DNA from: an uncultured Gammaproteobacteria bacterium
GTDB lineage: Bacteria; Patescibacteriota; Patescibacteriia; GWA2-47-26
Direction: 5' to 3'
DNA: 64,000 nt
Assembly: GCA_964532925.1 (NCBI GenBank)
Contig: CAZHIP010000003.1
Span: 644 to 64,643 of the forward strand
Made by a program: the position numbers and the translations under genes. The notes beneath the pieces are model-generated. The model was not told the origin of the DNA. It ran no database searches and saw only the letters and a program-made list of their open reading frames with translations. Of this stretch, positions 46,922 through 55,333 are shown one piece after another. Within the stretch, counting starts at the first letter, position 1, and the number at the start of each line of letters is the position of its first letter.

Positions 46922-47857
46922 ATGGACATCTTGGGGTATAAGCGCCAATTCCTCGAACACCTAGAGATTGAGAAGAACCGTTCACCCAAGACGGTTCAGA
47001 ATTATGATTTTTACCTCGAGCGCTTTCTCAAGTGGGCAAAATACCCGTCCCCTGCCAACCTGACCGCAGAAGTTGTCCGACAGTTCCGCCTGTGGCTGCA
47101 CCGCCAGGTTGATCGCAATGGTGAACCACTCAAATCAAACACACAGAACTATCACCTGATTGCACTCCGCTCGTTTCTCAAGTTTTTGGCACGACGTGAT
47201 GTAGAAACATTGTCTGCCGAAAAGATTGATCTTGCTAAAGGCGAACAGCGTATTGTGGAGTTTTTGGAAGGTTCTGACTTGGAGCGGTTTCTCAATGGTC
47301 CACTGCAAGGAGACAAAGGACGCACGATTATTGGCAAACGTGATGCGGCAATTCTAGCGCTTCTCTTTTCAACGGGTCTTCGTGTATCAGAGCTAGCACG
47401 ACTCAAGCGCGACGATATTAACCTGAAGCGCGAAGAATTTACGGTGCGCGGGAAAGGGCGGAAGCCGCGCTTGGTATTTGTCTCCCCTGCGGCGCGCATG
47501 ACCTTGCTCGCCTATCTCGAAGCACGCCGTGACGAAGCGGAGTCGTTGTTTGTCCGCCATGATCGAGCAAAACCAAAAGGCGGAGATATTGAACCAGAGC
47601 CAATAACCTCTCGTTCGATTGAACGGCTTGTTGCCCAATATGCCAAGGCTGCAGGGATTACCAAGCGTATTACGCCGCATGTCCTGCGTCACTCGTTTGC
47701 TACTGATTTATTAAGAAACGGGGCGGATATTAAGGCGGTCCAATCGCTTTTGGGGCATGCTTCTATCACGACGACCCAAATTTACACCCACGTAACCGAC
47801 AAGCACTTGCGAGAGACACATAAGAAGTTTCACGGTAAAAAGGGTGGTGGGTCTTGA
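46922..47857 (+). CDS. xerC: Tyrosine site-specific recombinase XerC/XerD family
   Basis: N-terminal SAM-like domain (SPKTVQNYDFYLERFLKW), catalytic box HVLRHSFATDLLRNGADIKAVQSLLGHASITTTQIYTHV with active-site Tyr; 311 aa. Confidence 0.85.
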   Translation: MDILGYKRQFLEHLEIEKNRSPKTVQNYDFYLERFLKWAKYPSPANLTAEVVRQFRLWLHRQVDRNGEPLKSNTQNYHLIALRSFLKFLARRDVETLSAEKIDLAKGEQRIVEFLEGSDLERFLNGPLQGDKGRTIIGKRDAAILALLFSTGLRVSELARLKRDDINLKREEFTVRGKGRKPRLVFVSPAARMTLLAYLEARRDEAESLFVRHDRAKPKGGDIEPEPITSRSIERLVAQYAKAAGITKRITPHVLRHSFATDLLRNGADIKAVQSLLGHASITTTQIYTHVTDKHLRETHKKFHGKKGGGS

Positions 47858-47906
47858 TTTTGGATTAAAAATCTGATATCCTTTGGCCTGTTCAGTCCCC
47901 GCTTAG

Positions 47907-47978
47907 GCCCCTGTAGTTCAATGGATAGAACTCCGGACTTCTAAGCCGGATATGAAGGTTCGATTCCTTCCGGGGGCA
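47907..47978 (+). tRNA. tRNA-Arg (anticodon TCT)
   Basis: Acceptor gcccctg/cgggggc (one G-U), anticodon loop cTTCTAa identical to argU-type loop, T-arm gaagg-ttcgatt-ccttc, discriminator A. Confidence 0.75.
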
Positions 47979-47988
47979 TAGAACATAT

Positions 47989-48264
47989 ATGAAAGAATCT
48001 GGACCACTATTTTTTGCAGCCGAACTCAGTACTCCGCCGACGCTTGATTTGCATGAACGTCGTAGTCAGGATGATCATGAGTTGGGGCACGCCATTGATC
48101 AATTTTTACATGATCACCGGGGTGAAGTCATAAAGATAGTGACGGGTGTAGGCTCTGGGAAGATGTTTGCGCGGGTGCTAAAGATTTTGGAGGCTCATGC
48201 ACTAACCGAGAATGTGCAGCCAGCACAAAATAAAGGAGATATATTGGTTCATGTTGCTGAGTAG
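47989..48264 (+). CDS. Smr-domain protein
   Basis: LDLHERRSQDDHELGHAIDQFLHDHRGEVIKIVTGVGSGKMFARVLKILEAHAL resembles Smr (LDLHG...ALxxFL....gxxxvxIIhGKGtG.Lr..V..wL); 91 aa. Confidence 0.5.
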   Translation: MKESGPLFFAAELSTPPTLDLHERRSQDDHELGHAIDQFLHDHRGEVIKIVTGVGSGKMFARVLKILEAHALTENVQPAQNKGDILVHVAE

Positions 48265-48272
48265 AAAAGTAT

Positions 48273-48347
48273 GGCGACTATAGCTCAATGGCAGAGCACT
48301 GGTCTGTGGCACCAGCTACACGGGTTCGATCCCCGTTAGTCGCCCCA
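48273..48347 (+). tRNA. tRNA-His (anticodon GTG) with encoded G-1 and CCA
   Basis: G-1 (48273) pairs with discriminator C; acceptor gcgacta/tagtcgc, anticodon stem ctggt/accag loop ctGTGgc, T-arm acggg-ttcgatc-cccgt, cca at 48345-48347. Confidence 0.85.
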
Positions 48348-48349
48348 AA

Positions 48350-48385
48350 AGAAAAGCACCTGTTTCGGCAGGTGTTTTTCTTTTG
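48350..48385 (+). terminator. Rho-independent terminator after tRNA-His (aagcacctg-tttcggc-aggtgttt + T-run)
   Basis: Hairpin and TTTTTCTTTT. Confidence 0.6.
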
Positions 48386-48449
48386 GAAACAGTTGACAAT
48401 AGAGCGATTTTGTGGTAGGTTTTGGGGTCCACAACCAAGGAGGACTAGC

Positions 48450-48839
48450 ATGAGTGAGGGTTTCCCGTTTTGTAAGCGGGATCGTAACAACCCGATCGAG
48501 AATGCCTTAATTGGCTATTGCGAGGGGTTGTTTCGCGGGATGAAAGATTCGCGGTGTGTTAGACCCGAGTGCGCGCAAGGAGTGAGTCGTCCTTTGAACG
48601 CACGCCTGCTACGCTTTGAGCAGACCTACGGCAAAGAGGCTGTGGACAAGGTCCGTCTCTATGCTATGCTCAAAGGGAGGAGTACCACGTTCTGCGTTGG
48701 GTGTCAGTTTTTGGACACCGCTGATCGCAGCACGCCTCTGTTCCTTGAACAACTTGCTCGGGAGACTCTTCAACCCGAGTATTACAACAGGCTTCTGGCG
48801 AATTACCAGGAGCTTGTAAGAAAGTTTGGTGGCAGATGA
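48450..48839 (+). CDS. Hypothetical Cys-rich protein, cassette gene A1 (129 aa)
   Basis: ATG at 48450 with aaggagga RBS 7 nt upstream; Cys pairs CKRD...C, CVRPEC, CVGCQ; GC-rich; paralogous to product of 49232-49615. Confidence 0.55.
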   Translation: MSEGFPFCKRDRNNPIENALIGYCEGLFRGMKDSRCVRPECAQGVSRPLNARLLRFEQTYGKEAVDKVRLYAMLKGRSTTFCVGCQFLDTADRSTPLFLEQLARETLQPEYYNRLLANYQELVRKFGGR

Positions 48840-49081
48840 AAACGCAAAAGAGGACGACGACCATAGTCAAGGATCCGTTTCAGGAGATTCTCCTCGAGGA
48901 GGCTGCATCTCTGAAGCGCGACCACCCAGAGGTTTTCGCTGATGCGCAAGCGCTCTCTGCGGAGACGCTCCACGAAGTCGCTCATGCGTGGGCTTTCTCG
49001 CGCGACGATGACCTTAAGTACACGAACCTCGCGTCGCGCACCGCCGACGAGCTCCACACGCTCCTCTTCCCTGAAGAGTAG
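48836..49081 (+). CDS. Hypothetical protein, cassette gene B1 (81 aa)
   Basis: ATGA overlap with upstream gene; paralogous to the short ORF at 49612-49755 (FQ...SLKRDHPEVFA vs FQ...SFRRSYPKVAA). Confidence 0.45.
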   Translation: MKTQKRTTTIVKDPFQEILLEEAASLKRDHPEVFADAQALSAETLHEVAHAWAFSRDDDLKYTNLASRTADELHTLLFPEE

Positions 49082-49105
49082 CGCCACATGCACCGTCCCT
49101 CGCCC

Positions 49106-49147
49106 CGAAGCCCGACCAGTGAAAACTGCTCGGGCTTCTTTCTTTTT
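49106..49147 (+). terminator. Rho-independent terminator, repeat copy 1 (gaagcccga-ccagtgaaaactgc-tcgggcttc + tttcttttt)
   Basis: 9-bp stem, T-run; near-identical to copy at 49853-49898. Confidence 0.6.
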
Positions 49148-49231
49148 ATGCAAGATCTTGACTTTTTGGAGAAAATGTGAGATGGTTTCCTGTTCCCGTC
49201 AACAAAAAACGAACAAGGAACGGAGGTATGT

Positions 49232-49615
49232 GTGCCCCCAACGAATTTAATTCCTCGGAATCACGAGGATGAATTCCAGAATGCATCCAGGGAATGGGTG
49301 CGGGATGTCATAGAATGGCTTCCCGCGGCACCAATCTCGGATGGGGTCTTCGAGGAGATCCTTCTGGAGATTTCCGATTACGTCAGGGAGCTCGAGAGCG
49401 AGCTCGGGCAGGAGACTGTCTGGCGTTGCCATATGTACGCTTCTTTGCGAGGTAGTGGCAACTACCTTAAAGAGGTGTACACTACATTTGACCGAGAAGG
49501 TTCCCCGACACTGCTCTTCCTTGAGAGTCTTCTCAAGGAAAAGATCCCGGAGGAGTTTAAGGAGTTTCAGAGGGAGATGGAACGACCATCTATCCTCACA
49601 GGAGGTAGTAAGTGA
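49232..49615 (+). CDS. Hypothetical protein, cassette gene A2 (127 aa, GTG start)
   Basis: GTG at 49232 after ggagg; shares HMYASLRGSG / SPTLLFLESLLKE / EFKEFQREMER blocks with gene A1 (RLYAMLKGRS / STPLFLEQLARE / EYYNRLLANYQE). Confidence 0.5.
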   Translation: MPPTNLIPRNHEDEFQNASREWVRDVIEWLPAAPISDGVFEEILLEISDYVRELESELGQETVWRCHMYASLRGSGNYLKEVYTTFDREGSPTLLFLESLLKEKIPEEFKEFQREMERPSILTGGSK

Positions 49616-49755
49616 AGAAGGAAGCGTTCCAGCACGCGACTCCACTGGCCCAAGAAGTTGAGTCGTTTCGCCGCAGCTACCCGAAGGTGGCAGCTAAGGT
49701 TTGCAAGGGGGGTCTTCGACATGGAGACTCTTCGAAACCTCTTGCTGATTCCTAA
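49612..49755 (+). pseudogene. Truncated/frameshifted paralogue of cassette gene B (47 aa in frame)
   Basis: GTG start overlapping upstream stop; homology to gene B1 stops at an in-frame TAA while a +1 frame continues about 24 more codons. Confidence 0.35.
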
Positions 49756-49852
49756 GGGGTTCAGCCTTCTTGCGGCCCTGGGTGAGAGTGAGCTGGATCG
49801 CGCACTGCGATCTTAGGCCTCACTTCTCGCTCCCCGCACTGTTACATCCGCC

Positions 49853-49898
49853 GCGAAGCCCGACCAGTATCAATGACTCGTCGGGCTTCTTTCTTTTT
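49853..49898 (+). terminator. Rho-independent terminator, repeat copy 2 (cgaagcccgac-cagtatcaatgactc-gtcgggcttc + tttctttttt)
   Basis: Same stem sequence as copy 1 with different loop. Confidence 0.6.
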
Positions 49899-49930
49899 TA
49901 TCTGCCTGTTTTGGTATACACTCAATATCT

Positions 49931-50548
49931 ATGGCAGGAGAAGCAACGCATATTATTTTAGCGGATCGCATACTCGCTGATCGCGGTACGCAGTATAATC
50001 GGCGGGATTTTATTGTGGGAACGGTTTTTCCCGACATTCGGTATTTGGGAGACCTCGATCGAGATGTGACCCATCTGCGCGAAATTTCGATGGAGCATGT
50101 GCTCAGCGAAACAGATTCATTTATTGCGGGAGCGAAGTTTCATAGCTTGGTCGATAAAGTACGGAATGATTTTATTAAAACAGCAGGCATGTATGATCTG
50201 TGTCCTCCGTTTTTGTATGATCAACAGTCGTTGAAATTTTTGGAAGATGAATTATTTTATCCGGAATACGGGTTGTGGGCGGATGCCTTGAAATATTTTG
50301 AGCAAGTTCGCGAAGTGCCGGTAGCCTACCCAGTTTCCGAAGAGATTGTGGCTCAGTGGTATGCAATTATACGTGGGTATGTGGCAGTACCGCCCAATGA
50401 AGTTTCGCGTTTGCATTTACTTGTTGCAGAGGGGTACACCAGAGAGGCAGTAATTTTGATTAATGCGTACATCGAAGAGCTGCGCAAAAACAAAGCAGTG
50501 ACAGATCTCATGAAAGATTTCTATACACAGTTCCCTACTCTCATTTAA
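49931..50548 (+). CDS. Hypothetical protein (205 aa)
   Basis: ATG at 49931; His/Asp-rich N-terminus MAGEATHIILADRILADRG...FIVGTVFPDIRYLGDLDRDVTHL suggests a metal-dependent hydrolase-like fold but no firm motif; followed by hairpin terminator at 50549-50585. Confidence 0.45.
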   Translation: MAGEATHIILADRILADRGTQYNRRDFIVGTVFPDIRYLGDLDRDVTHLREISMEHVLSETDSFIAGAKFHSLVDKVRNDFIKTAGMYDLCPPFLYDQQSLKFLEDELFYPEYGLWADALKYFEQVREVPVAYPVSEEIVAQWYAIIRGYVAVPPNEVSRLHLLVAEGYTREAVILINAYIEELRKNKAVTDLMKDFYTQFPTLI

Positions 50549-50599
50549 AAAACAGCCCGAGGTTATCGGACTGTTTTTTGTTTCGAGTAAACGTGTTTG

Positions 50600-51166
50600 T
50601 TACCAGCTCCCAATACGGTTGCGACACGCCTTCCAGTCGGCAAGGAGTTTTTGTTGTGTCGCGTCGCCGCTCATTGTGTTACTGGTTGGGTTGGTAAAAC
50701 CAGTGCGGCCAGAAGAGTTCTGGAAATTCGCCCACTCTTGGCAGCAAGCGCCAGCGGAACCAGAGCAGGTTGTCACAGCATCGAGCATGTTTTCTTCCAT
50801 GGTATTGATGAGTCGGAATTGCAAGAATCGCGCAATGCCTAATGATGAAAACAAGAAGACGGCACCAATAGATGATTGGATCAGAATCTTTTGTGCTTTC
50901 TTGATTGGCTCCGGTGATCCTTGGGCGTTGAACCACAGCACCCCCGCGTAGACAATACGAATAATAAAGATAAGACCAACCACGCTTAACGCACCGGCAA
51001 TAATGCGTGCGGCAACAATACGCGGGTCGAGTGCGGTGCCGGTCGCCACCAAGCTTGCAAATTGAGCAGCTTGCGATGCGCCACCAATAATCTCGTTCGC
51101 GAGTCCTTGATCGATTGGACCAGCGGCAAGTGCTTGGGGGAAGAGTAATGTGAAGAGGTGAAACAT
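50600..51166 (-). CDS. TrbC/VirB2-pilin-like small secreted membrane protein, paralogue 1 (C-terminal Cys-rich tail)
   Basis: Conserved core RIIAGALSVVGLIFIIRIVYAGVLWFNAQGSPEPIKKAQKILIQSSIGAVFLF (TM - YAGxxW - G - KKAx - TM) shared with nine upstream paralogues. Confidence 0.5.
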   Translation of the reverse strand: MFHLFTLLFPQALAAGPIDQGLANEIIGGASQAAQFASLVATGTALDPRIVAARIIAGALSVVGLIFIIRIVYAGVLWFNAQGSPEPIKKAQKILIQSSIGAVFLFSSLGIARFLQFRLINTMEENMLDAVTTCSGSAGACCQEWANFQNSSGRTGFTNPTSNTMSGDATQQKLLADWKACRNRIGSW

Positions 51167-51169
51167 ATT

Positions 51170-51769
51170 TTAGGGGGTGATCCGACCGCTTACTCCTTCG
51201 AAAGGCGCTGCACCTGGTGGTGCGGTGTATTGGAAATTACCACCCGAGCTTTGTGCGCCAAAGAGAAGGCCGCGCAATACAAAGTTGGCGAGAAGATATG
51301 ACATCAAGAGAATCAGAAGTCCGATAGATGCGCGCACAATACGTTGTCGAGATTTTTTGACTTGATCGCTATCGCCGGCGGCAGTCATCCAGCGAATACC
51401 TGAGTAAATAACCATACCCAAGAAGATGGTTCCGGATATGGCAAAAATAATATAAATGACACGACCAACGCGCGCAGGGAGGTTGGCGGATGCGGAATCT
51501 ACTTTGTATCCCCCGCTCGTGAACAGCGACTTCGTGGTTGCTTTGAGGGTTGCATTGGTGCCATTTGCCTTTTCTATAGCTTTATCTAAAGCTGCTTGGT
51601 CAGCAGCGTCGGCGGCGGAAGTTGCAGCGGCACCCGCTGCTCCAAAGGCATCTTGATTCAGGGAGTCAATTTCACTAGTATCTTGTGCATGACTTGTGTT
51701 GAGTGCTACCAAAGATAGCGTTGCAACAAAGAACGGTATCGCAAGAAATTTTATAAAGGGTTTGTTCAT
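51170..51769 (-). CDS. TrbC/VirB2-pilin-like small secreted membrane protein, paralogue 2
   Basis: Signal peptide MNKPFIKFLAIPFFVATLSLVALNTSHA; Ala-rich variable region; core VIYSGIRWMTAAGDSDQVKKSRQRIVRASIGLLILLMSYLL. Confidence 0.55.
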   Translation of the reverse strand: MNKPFIKFLAIPFFVATLSLVALNTSHAQDTSEIDSLNQDAFGAAGAAATSAADAADQAALDKAIEKANGTNATLKATTKSLFTSGGYKVDSASANLPARVGRVIYIIFAISGTIFLGMVIYSGIRWMTAAGDSDQVKKSRQRIVRASIGLLILLMSYLLANFVLRGLLFGAQSSGGNFQYTAPPGAAPFEGVSGRITP

Positions 51770-51773
51770 ATGG

Positions 51774-52289
51774 TTATGGCGTAACGCTTTTTTGCAGGAA
51801 CGAAGTGATAAAAGTGGTAATCGCCCACGCCGCAAGAATTATGGATAATCCGATAACTGCTTTGGAGGCAATGCCTTGGGCTTTTTTTACGGATTCATCA
51901 TTGCCACCCGCGGTTGTCCAGAGATATCCTGCATAAAATAGAAGTGCGAAGAAGAGAAAGCCGATGACTGTGAGGACGAATTTAATAATGGCAACAACGT
52001 AGGCGCGGACGTCGTTACTTGGCACACAGGTTTCAACTCCTTGCGCATTGGTCGAGCAGGTCATGTCGCTCGTGGGCGCAGTATACCCGGCGCCTTTTAG
52101 GAATGCGCGGGTAACCGAAGAGTTTGGGGTTTGGTCACGTTGGGCGGCGGGTACACTGAAATCTCCGTTAGCATTCCGCACAGCCTGCTCGCCATCAATT
52201 ACTTGCATCGGTTCGTCTCCTGGAAATTGTTGCGCATATACTGGTAGCGCACACACAAGTCCTATGAATAAAAACAATAGGACTTTCAT
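51774..52289 (-). CDS. TrbC/VirB2-pilin-like small secreted membrane protein, paralogue 3
   Basis: Signal peptide MKVLLFLFIGLVCALPVYA; core LFYAGYLWTTAGGNDESVKKAQGIASKAVIGLSIILAAWAI. Confidence 0.55.
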   Translation of the reverse strand: MKVLLFLFIGLVCALPVYAQQFPGDEPMQVIDGEQAVRNANGDFSVPAAQRDQTPNSSVTRAFLKGAGYTAPTSDMTCSTNAQGVETCVPSNDVRAYVVAIIKFVLTVIGFLFFALLFYAGYLWTTAGGNDESVKKAQGIASKAVIGLSIILAAWAITTFITSFLQKSVTP

Positions 52290-52293
52290 TGTA

Positions 52294-52683
52294 TTATTGT
52301 TGCGCATAGAAGAGGATGAATTGAGTAATTGCACCTGCAAGAATGGTGATGATGAGACCGATAGAAGCACGGGTGAGGATTTTGGTTGCCTTTTTGATGT
52401 CTTCATCATCGCCTCCGGCGGTCATCCAAACGTATCCGGCGTAGGCAATAAGTGCGAAAAAGAGAAAGCCAGTTGCAACGAGTGCGATACGGACAATGGA
52501 ACCAATGAGCGTAGCGAGTGCCACCGAGCTATCCCCGCTTGCGCGAGTATACCCCGCACCTACTTCTGCAATATTTTTTAGTCTAAAGCGCAAGGAGTTC
52601 GTGGTCGTCATTTGATCGGTAGCAGCAAGTACTCGCATGGGGGCGAGTATCGCAGCTACCGTAAGTATGGAGCGTCGCAGCAT
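52294..52683 (-). CDS. TrbC/VirB2-pilin-like small secreted membrane protein, paralogue 4
   Basis: Signal peptide MLRRSILTVAAILAPMRVLA; core IAYAGYVWMTAGGDDEDIKKATKILTRASIGLIITILAGAI. Confidence 0.55.
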   Translation of the reverse strand: MLRRSILTVAAILAPMRVLAATDQMTTTNSLRFRLKNIAEVGAGYTRASGDSSVALATLIGSIVRIALVATGFLFFALIAYAGYVWMTAGGDDEDIKKATKILTRASIGLIITILAGAITQFILFYAQQ

Positions 52684-52686
52684 AGA

Positions 52687-53169
52687 TTATGAGTCGGTAG
52701 CAGGAGTCTCAGTAATTACTGGTGGTGTTGTGGTTGATGATTGGAATGCCGAGTTGATAACGCGATCAACCACAAAGGTGGTGATGGCATAGGCAGCGAC
52801 CACAATCACGAGACCAATCGTCGCACTTTCAAGAATATTTTTTGACTTTTTAATTTGGTCTTCGGTGCCCCGCGCAGTCATCCACAAGAATCCGGCGTAG
52901 ACCATCAAAACACCAAAGATGACACCCATAAGCACAATGAGTGACTTGATCAGCTGACCAATAATAACTTCGGGCGGTACAGCTCCTTCCGGAAATCCAG
53001 CTTGCTTGGCTACTGGTGTAAACATGTTCAAAGATCCTTTGAGTCCTGTTTTTGTGGTAGTAATCTCATCTTGCAGGGTTGGAGAGGTGCTGGGTGCAGC
53101 ATGAACGGTCGCCACCGGTGTTGCGAAGAATGTGAGACCCAGGATTGCAGCAAAGAGAGCCTTTTTCAT
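52687..53169 (-). CDS. TrbC/VirB2-pilin-like small secreted membrane protein, paralogue 5
   Basis: Signal peptide MKKALFAAILGLTFFATPVATVHA; core MVYAGFLWMTARGTEDQIKKSKNILESATIGLVIVVAAYAI; Thr/Pro-rich C-terminal tail. Confidence 0.55.
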   Translation of the reverse strand: MKKALFAAILGLTFFATPVATVHAAPSTSPTLQDEITTTKTGLKGSLNMFTPVAKQAGFPEGAVPPEVIIGQLIKSLIVLMGVIFGVLMVYAGFLWMTARGTEDQIKKSKNILESATIGLVIVVAAYAITTFVVDRVINSAFQSSTTTPPVITETPATDS

Positions 53170-53176
53170 AGGAGGA

Positions 53177-53587
53177 CTAAGAACCCACGCTTGAAAGCAG
53201 TGTCTTTAAGACAAAGTTCGTGACGACATAGGACATGAAGACAATAACCATACCAAGGGCTGCTTGTTCGATCATGTCTTTTGCTTTTTTGACTTGTTCG
53301 TTGCCGCCACGTGCAGTCATCCACAAGAATCCGGCGTAGACCATGATGCCAAAGAAGATTACGCCGACAAATGCGAGGACATAGCCAATAATAGTACCAA
53401 TAAGTGTTGCGGGGCCGATTTTGGTGTTCCCTGCCCCAGGAATACCGGCTGATTTAGCAGTTTGATCAAGGCCAAACGTGTTGGGGGGTTCTGTTGCAGC
53501 AAACGCGTGCGTTGAAGCTAGTAGCGCTGCTCCGAGAATGATGAGTGAGAAGGCAAACGCAAAGATTTTTTTGTAGTGTTTCTGCAT
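53177..53587 (-). CDS. TrbC/VirB2-pilin-like small secreted membrane protein, paralogue 6
   Basis: Signal peptide MQKHYKKIFAFAFSLIILGAALLASTHAFA; core MVYAGFLWMTARGGNEQVKKAKDMIEQAALGMVIVFMSYVV. Confidence 0.55.
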   Translation of the reverse strand: MQKHYKKIFAFAFSLIILGAALLASTHAFAATEPPNTFGLDQTAKSAGIPGAGNTKIGPATLIGTIIGYVLAFVGVIFFGIMVYAGFLWMTARGGNEQVKKAKDMIEQAALGMVIVFMSYVVTNFVLKTLLSSVGS

Positions 53588-53591
53588 AAGG

Positions 53592-53975
53592 TTAGGTGGC
53601 GATGCCGGTAGTTGCCGACAACAGTGATTGAAGTACAAAGCGTGCAATGACGTATGCAGAAAGCACAATGGCGAGACCAATGATTGCAGAGGTGATGGTG
53701 CTCAGAGCTTTTTTATTCGTGTCGGCATTACCGGCTGAGGTGAGGTAGCGGAAGCCTGCAACAACAAGGAGTACCACAAAGAAGACGCCGAGTAGTCCAA
53801 GTACGATGTTGATGATATCAGCCGCAATGATCCGAACATCTCGGCTCCCAAGGCCAGTGTATTCGCCGTATTGTAGGCCAAGGTCTGGTTGCGCGTGGGC
53901 GATGCGCGAAACAAACACCACTCCCGCTGCCGCTAGATAAGAAAGTCGTCGTGTGTACTGTTTGAGTAGTGGCAT
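53592..53975 (-). CDS. TrbC/VirB2-pilin-like small secreted membrane protein, paralogue 7
   Basis: Signal peptide ...LSYLAAAGVVFVSRIAHA; core LVVAGFRYLTSAGNADTNKKALSTITSAIIGLAIVLSAYVI. Confidence 0.55.
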   Translation of the reverse strand: MPLLKQYTRRLSYLAAAGVVFVSRIAHAQPDLGLQYGEYTGLGSRDVRIIAADIINIVLGLLGVFFVVLLVVAGFRYLTSAGNADTNKKALSTITSAIIGLAIVLSAYVIARFVLQSLLSATTGIAT

Positions 53976-54035
53976 AAAAATAGTATTTCTCTCGCCTCCC
54001 CTTCCAAAAAATTGGAAAGAGAAGCCAAAGTGCGA

Positions 54036-54419
54036 TTAGACGTTAACCGCTTCGGTGAGTTTTGAGATAACGAATGTTGCGATAGCATAGGCCGACAAAA
54101 TAATTGCCAAACCAATGACACCGGACTTGATAAGACCTTGCGCCTTTTTCACTTTTTCATCAGAACCTGCTGCGGTCATCCACATAAAACCACCTGCGAG
54201 GATGATTACCACGGCAACGATACCCAAGATCGAGAGTGCCGAGTTGATGAGTGAGGCAACAGTGACTGGAAGCGATTTAGTTCCCAAAAGAGTTTTGGTT
54301 TGAAATTCACTTCCGTCTCCAACTCCGAGCTGGCCTGCAGTTATAGCATGAGCAAACATCGGCATGGCAAGAATTGCTACCATGGCCACCATCAAAATAC
54401 CTTTTTGCATTTTTTTCAT
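54036..54419 (-). CDS. TrbC/VirB2-pilin-like small secreted membrane protein, paralogue 8
   Basis: Signal peptide MKKMQKGILMVAMVAILAMPMFAHA; core ILAGGFMWMTAAGSDEKVKKAQGLIKSGVIGLAIILSAYAI. Confidence 0.55.
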   Translation of the reverse strand: MKKMQKGILMVAMVAILAMPMFAHAITAGQLGVGDGSEFQTKTLLGTKSLPVTVASLINSALSILGIVAVVIILAGGFMWMTAAGSDEKVKKAQGLIKSGVIGLAIILSAYAIATFVISKLTEAVNV

Positions 54420-54605
54420 ATTCTCACCCCCTTTCAGTGTTAAGTCTTTGCACTATATTGCCTGAGCACAGGTTGTTGTAACAACCGGAGTCGAAGGCCT
54501 ACCGATGGTACCCTTCGACTAGCTCAGGGAATATAGCGGAAGACAGTTATTCATAGGACACGAGCCAGGCACCTTATGGATGCGCGGTTCGCGTCCTACA
54601 AAAGA

Positions 54606-55328
54606 TTATGGAGTAAATGTACCCTGCAGTGCACCCAAGACGTAGCGCAAAATGATGTAGGCAGTAAAGATGAGGAGAATTCCTGCAACAGACCACTTGA
54701 TAATCTCCTGGCCTTTCTTTACGCCTTCGGAGCTACCGCCAGCGGTCAGCCATAGTATACCGCCATAGATGAACATGAGTAAGGCCAAAGAACCCACAAT
54801 AGAAAGTAGGGCCTTAATAACGCGACCAATGAGTTCTTCTGGGCTGGTGGTGCCGAGTGGATTTGGGAGAGTTACTCGACCAGAGAGTTGGGCGGGGGTG
54901 GCGGTGGCTGCGGGGGTTGGAGAGGCGGCGGTGGTTGTGGCGGGCACCATTGTTACAGTACACGTCTGCCCAGATGGAATACAGGATGTGCACTGTCCTC
55001 CTGCGGCTGTGCAGAGTGCAAGGGTAGCGTACTGAGAAGTTGCTAATTCATTTCTGCAGCAGACATAAGAAGTGTCGGGAGCTGCAACAGGGGCTGCACA
55101 AGTCGCAGCAGCTTCTGTACCTTCTTTGCAGGTTCCTGTAAGACCGGTGGTGCCGCTTGGAGAGCATTGTGGATTGCTGTTGGTGCATAGACTGAGCGAG
55201 TCGTAGGTCCGCAGAGCTCCACCCTCAGCCGAGCAGCACCAAGCTTTAGCAAAAGAAATTTTTGGAGTGAGTATGCTAAAAAATAAAACAGAGACTATTA
55301 TTGCAGTGCGCCAAAATGAGTGCCTCAT
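54606..55328 (-). CDS. TrbC/VirB2-pilin-like secreted membrane protein, paralogue 9, with internally duplicated Cys-rich N-terminal domain
   Basis: Signal peptide; two repeats of WCC/VCC...L(S/A)LCT...QC...; Thr/Pro/Ala linker; core FIYGGILWLTAGGSSEGVKKGQEIIKWSVAGILLIFTAYII. Confidence 0.55.
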   Translation of the reverse strand: MRHSFWRTAIIVSVLFFSILTPKISFAKAWCCSAEGGALRTYDSLSLCTNSNPQCSPSGTTGLTGTCKEGTEAAATCAAPVAAPDTSYVCCRNELATSQYATLALCTAAGGQCTSCIPSGQTCTVTMVPATTTAASPTPAATATPAQLSGRVTLPNPLGTTSPEELIGRVIKALLSIVGSLALLMFIYGGILWLTAGGSSEGVKKGQEIIKWSVAGILLIFTAYIILRYVLGALQGTFTP

Positions 55329-55333
55329 ATCTT

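Noticed and set aside
46922-47978. XerC-like gene as the integrase of a tRNA-Arg-targeting island
   Set aside because: It lies upstream of the tRNA on the core-gene side (rpsO-pnp) and has ordinary Xer length and motifs. It is more likely the chromosomal dimer-resolution recombinase. An island association is kept only as a hypothesis in the findings.
49085-49120. Possible att-like direct repeat of the tRNA-His 3' end (tcgcccc-aa) inside the duplicated terminators
   Set aside because: Only about 9 nt match. That is too short and too low-complexity to distinguish from chance.
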